Shown: positions 36,766 to 44,057 of the stretch, piece after piece
Position numbering within the stretch: position 1 is the stretch's first letter
Layout: the number at the start of each line of letters is the position of its first letter
DNA from: an uncultured bacterium
GTDB taxonomy: Bacteria; UBP14; UBA6098
Length of the DNA stretch: 64,000 nucleotides
Direction of reading: 5' to 3'
Assembly (NCBI GenBank): GCA_964606695.1
Contig: CAZSHG010000010.1
Span: 9,497 to 73,496, forward strand
Program-made: the position numbers and the translations under genes
Notes under the pieces: model-generated
Seen by the model: the letters and a program-made list of their open reading frames with translations, nothing else
What the model was told of the DNA's origin: nothing
The model's database searches: none

Positions 36766-36824
36766 CTTACAATTCCTATATGCTATTGTTTTCGCGATAT
36801 ATGAATTTCATAACTCATTGGTAA

Positions 36825-37262
36825 TTATAAAAATACCTCATCGGATATATTATTCGGTCCTAAGTCTTTTATTTTATCCGTATATTCGGTAATAACTTGA
36901 GCGAATCGAGGCCCTTCCGAAGCCGAAATCCACGAAAGGCGTATCCGGTCGCTTTCAAGCCCGAAGGTATCCAGGATTTTCTTCATCATGGCGAATCTAC
37001 GTCGGGTGTAGTAATTTCCCTTCTGGTAATGGCAATCCCCCGGATGGCAACCGCCCACCAGGACCGCATCCGCGCCGCGAAGAAGTGCAGTTAGAAGGAA
37101 TAAAGGATCCACGCGACTCGAACACATCACCCGAATAGGCAGTATCGACGGGGGATACTGAAGCCTGCTCGTGCCCGCCAGATCCGCGCCGGTATATGTG
37201 CACCAGTTGCACAGAAAACCTATAATTCTCGGCTCGAATTCCTCTTTTTTATCTTTTCCCAT
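36825..37262 (-). CDS. mvhD: MvhD/FlpD-like protein, copy 2
   Basis: I moved the start to the ATG at 37262 (TAATG overlap with the upstream stop), which gives MGKDKKEEFEPRIIGFLCNWCTYTGADLAG... The 110-codon R-rich extension in the track overlaps the upstream gene. Confidence 0.8.
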   Translation of the reverse strand: MGKDKKEEFEPRIIGFLCNWCTYTGADLAGTSRLQYPPSILPIRVMCSSRVDPLFLLTALLRGADAVLVGGCHPGDCHYQKGNYYTRRRFAMMKKILDTFGLESDRIRLSWISASEGPRFAQVITEYTDKIKDLGPNNISDEVFL

Positions 37263-38344
37263 TAATCCTCGACCTCCGTAAGCTCGTCCTCGATGAATGT
37301 CGAAAGCGGAACAGGTTCCTCCAAATCTGCGCCCGGAACGTAATCGAATACCTCCTGCACAGCATCGCCGACGCGCGTGAATATCGACGCTACCGGTATA
37401 TCCACAGGGCAGATATCGGCGCACATGCCGCAACCAACGCAGGATATGCTCATGTGCGCGATCCTCCCGAGATGGAAGAACACCGTATTCGGCGGGACTC
37501 GTAATCCGCCGCGTCTTACGAGTTCCTTCTCGAAAACGTCCGGTTTGTATTCGTTTTCCTTTGCGTCGAAAGCACATAGCGCGCAGTAACATATCGGGCA
37601 GACACTACTACAGCCGTGGCATCCGAGACATTTCCCGAAGGCTTCGACAAGCCCTTTGATCTCCATCTTTTCGAGTTCCAGTTCCGCGAAAACGCTTGCG
37701 CGCTTCGCCTCGCGAAGCTTCTTAAGCGGTTCTATTCGCGACTCGTCCAGTCCGCCCTCGGAGATTTCGCCGGAACCTGCAAGCAGATCCTCAGCGACGT
37801 CCGTGTTCAGATATAATTCGCAACCGGCTTTAGTCGGCAGGACTGTGATATCGGTGTTGAAAGGCACTAAATATTTACAAACCTCGCAAGTCGGCCTGAT
37901 TTTGGGCGGGTTTTCATTATTATAAAACGCCTTCCAGTAATCGGGGAGTGCGTTTTCGATTTCGCCGTTATTGTAGGTATCGAAATCAAGCACGCCACCA
38001 CAAACGGGGGAGATGAAAACCAGATTCTCTCTATTTCCGCTCTCGCGTTTCACCAGTTCGCCGAAAGCGCGTAATTCGCAAGGTTTTACCACGACCGCGA
38101 CCTTGTTTGGAAAAGCGCCGCCCGACGTCAATTCGGAAAGATAATTCGCGGCGTTTTCCGGCATGAAGGGCAGGCCGGGGCGAAGATCCTCGATTTTATC
38201 AGGATCCGCAATAAGGAGGTAATTCAGCGCATCGCCCAACTGCCCCAGGCCGAAGACAGCATCGACCTTCTTATTTTCGAGTAAGTTTTTCAGAATGTTT
38301 TTAAGTCCGGTATCGATATCGCTCTTTAGTTTTACTGTTTTCAT
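37262..38344 (-). CDS. AsrA-family-like iron-sulfur protein (paralog)
   Basis: I chose the ATG at 38344 (ATGA overlap with the upstream stop) instead of the TTG at 38350. VVVKPCELRAFGELV, CLGCHGCSSVCPICYCALCAFD and CVGCGMCADICP. Confidence 0.55.
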   Translation of the reverse strand: MKTVKLKSDIDTGLKNILKNLLENKKVDAVFGLGQLGDALNYLLIADPDKIEDLRPGLPFMPENAANYLSELTSGGAFPNKVAVVVKPCELRAFGELVKRESGNRENLVFISPVCGGVLDFDTYNNGEIENALPDYWKAFYNNENPPKIRPTCEVCKYLVPFNTDITVLPTKAGCELYLNTDVAEDLLAGSGEISEGGLDESRIEPLKKLREAKRASVFAELELEKMEIKGLVEAFGKCLGCHGCSSVCPICYCALCAFDAKENEYKPDVFEKELVRRGGLRVPPNTVFFHLGRIAHMSISCVGCGMCADICPVDIPVASIFTRVGDAVQEVFDYVPGADLEEPVPLSTFIEDELTEVED

Positions 38345-39510
38345 TTGCAATCACACCCTTTCAGAGGGTCGGTGCATATCCGTTCGATATCGCCGAGTTC
38401 CTTTTCCTTGCGGAAAACCCTCAACGGCAAGGGTTCATCAATATCCATACCGGGAGAATATTCGAACAACGCCTGGCTGTCTTCAGCGACAGCACTGAAT
38501 AACTCCGCCACCGGAATATCCACCGGGCAGGCGTCCTCACAACTTCCGCAGGAAACGCAGGACATGGTCATGTGCGACATCCGACCGAGATGGAACAGGA
38601 GAACGTCCTGCGAGAAGCGAATACTGCCCTTCTGCTCCGCGCGGGACATATATTGATCCTGTGAGAACTCGATAGCTTCCGACTCGAAGTAACATCTTCG
38701 GCAATAGCAAATCGGGCAGACGCTCATACAGTTGTGGCAGGAGACGCATTTCGAGAGAACCGAGGCAAGGTTATTCAAGCCGTTCGTTCGCTCTTTGATT
38801 TCGGCGTTCGCCTTATCTCTGGCCGCCTGGCGTTCGGTCTTGATCTTCTCGATTTCCTTCGCCCATTTTTCGGTGCCGGTATCGGGCTTCAGCCCGCTTT
38901 TTTCGAGGATTTCCTCGCCCTTTTGGCTGACCGGAATTACCATGTAATCGACGCCGAACCAACCGATATGCAGATCCGGTGAAGTTATAGCGAAATGCAC
39001 GCAGGATTTACACGTCGGACGCATGGTTTCGACGTCGTTAGCCTTCAAGGCTTCGACAAAAACCTTCTCGCCGTTCTCTGGATTATCGACATAATCCTGT
39101 ATCGGCAGTGCGCCCGGGCAGTCGATACTTATAAGAGTTATATTCTCGAGATCGACCTGCTTGAGTTTGGCCAGTTCGATAGCAGACCGAATCTCGCAGG
39201 GACGCAGGACAGCCGCGATCTTCTTCTTAGACGGGCCATGCTTGGTCAGGCTGGAAAGTGCTCTGCCGCCCTGAACAGTCATGATAGGGGGGAGGACGTT
39301 GGCCAGTTCGAGCAGTGATGGGTTTTCGACAAGCACCCAGGCGTAGGAATCGTTCGACGGGACTTTCAACGGCACGAAAACGGCGTCGAAAAGCCCGCCG
39401 TCGAGTCCGTCGCGGAGGATTTGCAGAACGCCCGCGTTCAGACCGTCCGGGGCGGATAATTTGGCCGCCTTCGAGGGCATCGTCGGTATTTCGTTTGACT
39501 TTGGTTTCAT
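38341..39510 (-). CDS. AsrA-family-like iron-sulfur protein (paralog)
   Basis: AVLRPCEIRSAIELA, CVSCHNCMSVCPICYCRRCYFE and CVSCGSCEDACP. Cys-rich C-terminal tail CTDPLKGCDCK. Confidence 0.55.
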   Translation of the reverse strand: MKPKSNEIPTMPSKAAKLSAPDGLNAGVLQILRDGLDGGLFDAVFVPLKVPSNDSYAWVLVENPSLLELANVLPPIMTVQGGRALSSLTKHGPSKKKIAAVLRPCEIRSAIELAKLKQVDLENITLISIDCPGALPIQDYVDNPENGEKVFVEALKANDVETMRPTCKSCVHFAITSPDLHIGWFGVDYMVIPVSQKGEEILEKSGLKPDTGTEKWAKEIEKIKTERQAARDKANAEIKERTNGLNNLASVLSKCVSCHNCMSVCPICYCRRCYFESEAIEFSQDQYMSRAEQKGSIRFSQDVLLFHLGRMSHMTMSCVSCGSCEDACPVDIPVAELFSAVAEDSQALFEYSPGMDIDEPLPLRVFRKEKELGDIERICTDPLKGCDCK

Positions 39511-39552
39511 ATATGCTCTTCGGTTTATTAAATTATCGCTTTCATGCTATAT

Positions 39553-41250
39553 TTATAAAGACGCAATCGCCTCGATTACTTCCTGATGTAACTGCTTCTC
39601 CGTGAAATGCTTGGAACGAATCGCGCCGGAGGGACAGCTTCCCACGCAATTGCCGCATCCACGGCAGATAGCCTCGTTGACGTTGGATACACGCCTTCCG
39701 GGATCGTAGGTAACCGCGCCGTAAGAGCACACTGTAACGCAAGTCTGGCACCCCGTGCACAAATCCTCGATTACTTCCGACGTCTTCACTTCGGGATGAA
39801 GCTTTTTCCCCGGAACGAGCCGAGCGAGTATATTGCCGCTCGCCGCAAGAGCCTGTCTGGACGAATCCACGATGCTCTTCGGCCCGTTGGCCGAGCCAAC
39901 CACGAAAACTCCCTCCACCGCCGTTTTAATCGATCCGATGATCGAGTGTTCTTCCTCGAAGAAACCGAATTTATCCACCGGCAAATCTATCATCTCGGCG
40001 ATTTTAGCCGTGTCAGGTCCGGGGATAATCGCGGAGGCGAGGATGACCATATCGACTTCGATTGTCTCCTCTTTCCCCGATTCAGATTTGAACGCTATCC
40101 CGACCTTGCCGGATTTGTCGGCGATTATTATATCATCCGCGAGGGAAAAAACGACGCCGTCGTCCTTCAATTGCTTTATATAAACCGATTCTGCAGGATT
40201 TGTTACCGATAAATTGCGATACAGGTCGTGAATTTTAATGTTGGGATATTTCTCTTTGAGCGTTCCGGCGATTTTCATCAAACCGTTGCAACAGACGCCG
40301 GAACAGTAACCGACCTTATCCCGACCCACGCAATGCACCAACGCTACCGACTTCGGATCCGAACCGTCGCTAAGTTTTATCCCACCGGATTTGCATTTCT
40401 CTTCGATTTCGGAAACCGTGAATACGTTATCGACTTTGCCGTATCCCCATCTGTCGTCGTCCGAGGGATTATATTCTGAAAAACCGGTTGCAATAACCAC
40501 CGAACCGACCTTGAGATCGGCCTTCTCGTCGCCAGGTTTATTCACGACGACCTCGAAATTCCCGAAGAAGCCAATTACGCTCTCGACCTCGCTCTCAAAG
40601 AGGATATCGATATTCTCGTTCTCCTCGACAGCCTTGATTTTATCAGCGATAGTATTGGGGGAAAGGTCGCCGTAGGGCAGGATGCATCCGAATTTCCCCG
40701 CGACGCCGCCCAATTCGCCGGTCTTCTCGACGAGATAGACCTTGCGTTGCACGGAAGCCATATTCAATGCCGACTGGATACCTGAGATTCCGCCGCCGAT
40801 AACCAGGACGTCCGGAGTGCTCTCCAGCTCCTTCTGTTCGAGGGACGAATGATAGATAACTCGCTTCACGCCCGCGCGAACGTAAGAGATGACTTTATCC
40901 GTTGCCGCTGTCTTGTCTTTTATCATCCACGCACACTGCTCGCGGATGTTGATTATCTGATATAAATAGGGATTTAGCCCGGCTTCCTTGCAGACGTTCG
41001 CGAAGGTAGTCTCGTGGTCCTTGGGCGAACACGCCGCTACTACAACGTGCGTGAGCTCCTCGTCGATAATGTCCTGATGAAGGAATTCTTTGCCTGCGCC
41101 CGAACACATAAGTTTGTGCTTCTTCACAACCGACACGTCCGGGTAATCGGAAACCGTCGCCATCACTCTATCGATATCGACCGCGTCGGCGATATTCGGG
41201 CCGCATTCGCAAATATAAACGCCTATTTTGTAATTACTCTCTGCCATCAT
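39553..41250 (-). CDS. hdrA: HdrA/QmoB-like flavoprotein (C-terminal-half type) with a 2x[4Fe-4S] ferredoxin domain
   Basis: GVYICECGPNIADAVD, VLVIGGGISGIQSA, HCVGRDKVGYCSGVCCNGLMK, CTGCQTCVTVCS and CRGCGNCVGSCPSGA. Collinear with the second halves of the 1015- and 1485-aa proteins. Confidence 0.8.
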   Translation of the reverse strand: MMAESNYKIGVYICECGPNIADAVDIDRVMATVSDYPDVSVVKKHKLMCSGAGKEFLHQDIIDEELTHVVVAACSPKDHETTFANVCKEAGLNPYLYQIINIREQCAWMIKDKTAATDKVISYVRAGVKRVIYHSSLEQKELESTPDVLVIGGGISGIQSALNMASVQRKVYLVEKTGELGGVAGKFGCILPYGDLSPNTIADKIKAVEENENIDILFESEVESVIGFFGNFEVVVNKPGDEKADLKVGSVVIATGFSEYNPSDDDRWGYGKVDNVFTVSEIEEKCKSGGIKLSDGSDPKSVALVHCVGRDKVGYCSGVCCNGLMKIAGTLKEKYPNIKIHDLYRNLSVTNPAESVYIKQLKDDGVVFSLADDIIIADKSGKVGIAFKSESGKEETIEVDMVILASAIIPGPDTAKIAEMIDLPVDKFGFFEEEHSIIGSIKTAVEGVFVVGSANGPKSIVDSSRQALAASGNILARLVPGKKLHPEVKTSEVIEDLCTGCQTCVTVCSYGAVTYDPGRRVSNVNEAICRGCGNCVGSCPSGAIRSKHFTEKQLHQEVIEAIASL

Positions 41251-41272
41251 TCTCCCGCTGGATAAGGAGTGT

Positions 41273-42559
41273 TTATTCGGTTATTAAAATCGGTTCACCA
41301 ACCTCTGATAATGCCTTGCCTACAGCTCCAGAAGCCTGCTCGATGCTGGCCGAAATATCCTTTGCGCCCTCGATACAGCCCGCGATATAGATTCCCTCTT
41401 TCGACGTGCTGACCGGGGTCAATTCCGATTTGTCAGATTTGATGAAACCCGTGTCCGCAATTTCGATTCCGAGCATTTCAGCCAGTTCCGCCGTGCCGTC
41501 ACGCGGGACAAGCATGGACGCGAGGATTACCATATCAACCTTAACTTCCGCTTTATCGCCGTTGACAGCGTATCTAACGACCGCGCCGTCACCGTCCGCC
41601 ACTACTTCGATATCGTCGAATCTCTGAAAATGGACGTTCGGTTCGAGAACCTCGTCGTAGAAGGCCTGATAATTCTTCCCCGGAATGAAGAGATCGTTGT
41701 AGAGATTGTGAATCTCCGCTTCCTCGATCTTGTGTTTTATATAATGTATGAACTTGACCGGATATAACGAACTCACGCCCGAACTATAGCCGTTAACCTC
41801 TTTACCGACATCGTGAATTACCGCGACGCTCTTCGGCGATTCGCCGTTGCGCAATGTCAATTCGCCCTGAGTGGGGCCGTTGGACGCGAAAAGCCGCTCG
41901 AATTCCATCGCGGAATAGACGCAATCGATTACACCGAGGCCATATTTAGCCTCGGTCGAGGCGTTGAACATCTGGAATCCGGTGCAGATGATAATTGCGC
42001 CGACCTCGATATCGACAGTCCTGTCTTCTTTATTATAATCGATCGCCTCGAACATGCAAGATTCCTGGCACAGCGTGCATTCCTCGCCCCTGGTGAACCT
42101 CAGGCAATTAGCCTTGTCGATTACAGGAACGTTTGGCAGTGCGCCCGGACACGGCACGAAAATCGCCTTCCTCTCTGAAAGGTTCTCCTCGAACGCGTTA
42201 GGGATGCTCACGGGGCACGGCTCGTAACACGCCCCGCATCCGATACAATCCACAGCGCTCACGTAATCCGCCTGCACGTTGATCTTCACGGAAAAATTCC
42301 CGATCTCGCCGGAAATCTTCGCAATCTCAGCCATCGTCAGCAGTTCGATATTCGGGTGCTGTAACAGCTCCTGTTGTTTGGGCGCGAGCATACAGGTCGA
42401 ACATTCCATATTCGGGAAAACCTCTTCGTATTTCACGAGATTCCCCCCGATCATCGAGGTCTTCTCGGCGATATAAACCTTCCTGCCCGAACCTGCCATT
42501 AGCAAAGCGGCTTCAATTCCGGTTATCCCGGCGCCGATAATTAATACGTCTTCTTTCAT
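41273..42559 (-). CDS. HdrA/QmoA-like flavoprotein (N-terminal-half type) that has lost the CxGxRD...CSxxCC cluster motif
   Basis: VLIIGAGITGIEAALLMAGSGRKVYIAE, FPNMECSTC and CIGCGACYEPCP. At the position of CVGSRD..YCSSVCCMY it reads HDVGKEVNGYSSGVSSLY. Confidence 0.75.
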   Translation of the reverse strand: MKEDVLIIGAGITGIEAALLMAGSGRKVYIAEKTSMIGGNLVKYEEVFPNMECSTCMLAPKQQELLQHPNIELLTMAEIAKISGEIGNFSVKINVQADYVSAVDCIGCGACYEPCPVSIPNAFEENLSERKAIFVPCPGALPNVPVIDKANCLRFTRGEECTLCQESCMFEAIDYNKEDRTVDIEVGAIIICTGFQMFNASTEAKYGLGVIDCVYSAMEFERLFASNGPTQGELTLRNGESPKSVAVIHDVGKEVNGYSSGVSSLYPVKFIHYIKHKIEEAEIHNLYNDLFIPGKNYQAFYDEVLEPNVHFQRFDDIEVVADGDGAVVRYAVNGDKAEVKVDMVILASMLVPRDGTAELAEMLGIEIADTGFIKSDKSELTPVSTSKEGIYIAGCIEGAKDISASIEQASGAVGKALSEVGEPILITE

Positions 42560-42590
42560 GATAAACTTTCTGATGTTGTAGTTCTTACTA

Positions 42591-43013
42591 TCAATAGGGC
42601 GTTTGCTTGAGGGGATTCGGCCCCAGTTCTTTTATCTTCGACGTGAACTGATTAACCACGTCGGCATATCTGCGCCCCTCGGCGGCGGATACCCACGCCA
42701 GCTCTACCCGATCCGGATCGATGTTCAGGCTCTCGAGAACCTTCTTGAGCTGAGCGAACCTTCTTCGGGTAAAATAGTTTCCCTCTTTGTAATGACAATC
42801 CCCCGGATGGCATCCCGCGACCAGAACGCCGTCCGCGCCCCAGAGCAGGGCGTTGAGAACCATACCCGGATCGACGCGGCTCGAACACATCACACGCGTT
42901 ACCGAAATCGACGGCGACACATCGAATTTGTTCGACCCGGCCAAATCCGCGCCAGTATAAGAACACCAGTTGCAAAGGAAGCCGACTATATTCGGCATGA
43001 ATTCGTCAGACAC
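42591..43013 (-). CDS. mvhD: MvhD/FlpD-like protein, copy 3
   Basis: GTG start preceded by aaggtg. MSDEFMPNIVGFLCNWCSYTGADLAG...RVMCSSRVDP...GADGVLVAGCHPGDCHYKEGN. Confidence 0.85.
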   Translation of the reverse strand: MSDEFMPNIVGFLCNWCSYTGADLAGSNKFDVSPSISVTRVMCSSRVDPGMVLNALLWGADGVLVAGCHPGDCHYKEGNYFTRRRFAQLKKVLESLNIDPDRVELAWVSAAEGRRYADVVNQFTSKIKELGPNPLKQTPY

Positions 43014-43045
43014 GTTTCACCTTTTTCCTGAAACAGTGTTAAATC

Positions 43046-43077
43046 AAACAAAAAGAGGATACGACGTCGTATCCTCT
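43046..43077 (-). terminator. Perfect 24-bp palindrome plus T-run between tusA (copy 2) and mvhD (copy 3): intrinsic terminator or attenuator
   Basis: agaggatacgacgtcgtatcctct (43054-43077). On the minus strand it is followed by tttttgtttg. Confidence 0.55.
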
Positions 43078-43087
43078 CGAGTGCAAA

Positions 43088-43312
43088 TTAAAACTGAATT
43101 TGCGCAGTGAATTTACCCGTTCCGTCGTCGTTACAGAACAGAAGGGTCTTGCCGGTCTTGCTTGCCCACGCCTTGACATCGTCGGGGAAAGAGTGACAGT
43201 CCGCGAGAACTTCCAGAACGTCGCCTGGTTGAAGATCCCGCGCCTCCGCGGCGACCTTCAATATAGGCTGGGGGCATTTTAGGCCGAGCGTGTCCAGTGT
43301 TTTCGTTGCCAT
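43088..43312 (-). CDS. tusA: TusA/SirA-family sulfur carrier, copy 2
   Basis: 74 aa. LDTLGLKCPQPILKVAAEARDLQPGD (CPxP motif). RBS aggagg. Confidence 0.85.
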   Translation of the reverse strand: MATKTLDTLGLKCPQPILKVAAEARDLQPGDVLEVLADCHSFPDDVKAWASKTGKTLLFCNDDGTGKFTAQIQF

Positions 43313-43735
43313 GTTGTTCCTCCTGGGTTATAGCGGAGCGTAGCGCTCCATTAATATATGCACTTATTACGATATTCGGTTATGGTCATAGCTCGATAAT
43401 ACAATTAGTCTGTCTAAAGAAGTTTTGAATAGCTGAACTACGCGACTTTCAAAAAAGGACGATGAATAAAATTGGTCGGCGAAATACGAGGCCCTTCGGT
43501 TGCTTTTGGAGACCCACAAAAATTTCCAAAGACCCAAAGAAACTCCAATATATGAACGAGATAAAATAACGCAAGAAAAAAACGCAAACTTTGTGAATTT
43601 TTTCGCGTTATTTCTGCAGGACATTGATATAACGACATCCGGAAGAGAAAAAAAACAGTTCCGTCCGCGAAATCGGCACCTTGGGGGCGTGGCCCCAGAC
43701 GCGCCCTTTTGTGTCACGGGCAACGTAGGGTAAGG

Positions 43736-43948
43736 TTAGAAATCCTGGCCTAAGGAAATAGCATCGACGATTCGTCCGTTCACATCGAACACCTTTATTT
43801 GTATTTGTATGCCGGACATTCCTGTCTGGCCGGTGGCGTCTTGAACCTACAGGAATGTCTGTTCTATCGAGATTTTGGCCGCGGAATTGAAGGGATTCGA
43901 GTAAACGGAAATTGCGAAGAGCAGAAGGAGGAGCAGAATAATTGCGGA
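43736..43948 (-). pseudogene. Possible relic of a T9SS-CTD protein (signal-peptide-like segment joined to a CTD-like segment, with an in-frame TAG)
   Basis: Minus-strand frame: SAIILLLLLLFAISVYSNPFNSAAKISIEQTFL-TAG-VQDATGQTGMSGIQIQIKVFDVNGRIVDAISLGQDF-TAA. NPFN..(x)I and I.I.VFDV.GR.V are T9SS type-A CTD hallmarks. There is no start codon after the upstream TAA. Confidence 0.3.
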
Positions 43949-44001
43949 TTAATTGGGGTTTTGTTTCCCATTAGCCTACTAACATAAAAGGCGAATATCG
44001 C

Positions 44002-44035
44002 AAAAAAATGCCCTCCATGGGGCGGGAGGGCATTT
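44002..44035 (-). terminator. Rho-independent terminator of the OmpA-family gene
   Basis: aaatgccctcc (44006-44016) pairs with ggagggcattt (44025-44035). On the minus strand it is followed by a T-run. Confidence 0.75.
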
Positions 44036-44057
44036 GCGAAGGGAGAGGGGATTATTT

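Noticed and set aside
36825-37592. 255-aa version of the second MvhD ORF. Also the long N-terminal extensions of the track ORFs at 2319, 5459, 21818-22330, 5593-6108 and 45650-46108
   Set aside because: The extensions overlap upstream genes, are R-rich and lack signal or domain features. Internal ATGs with an RBS or TAATG/ATGA coupling give canonical N-termini (signal peptides, or the FLCNWC spacing seen in the other MvhD copies).
24211-41250. Selenocysteine (in-frame TGA) in the HdrA-family genes
   Set aside because: All HdrA-like ORFs are continuous with Cys at the expected motif positions. No in-frame TGA interruption or split ORF pattern suggests Sec recoding.
24211-43013. Annotating the redox block as a canonical known system (sHdr, QmoABC, Mvh-Hdr or Flx-Hdr)
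   Set aside because: - sHdr needs HdrB1/B2 (CCG) and a lipoate-binding protein, and none is seen.
- Qmo needs the membrane QmoC and is normally next to aprAB, and both are absent.
- Mvh needs [NiFe]-hydrogenase large and small subunits, which are absent.
- I could not match an Flx-type FlxABCD set with confidence.
The block is therefore described only at the subunit-family level.
43367-43723. 118-aa and 66-aa minus-strand ORFs and a 77-aa plus-strand ORF in the region upstream of tusA
   Set aside because: They have no RBS, low-complexity or odd composition, and overlap one another. The region more plausibly holds the cluster promoter and 5' leader, including a ggagcg-cta-cgctcc hairpin (as read on the coding, minus strand) next to the RBS.
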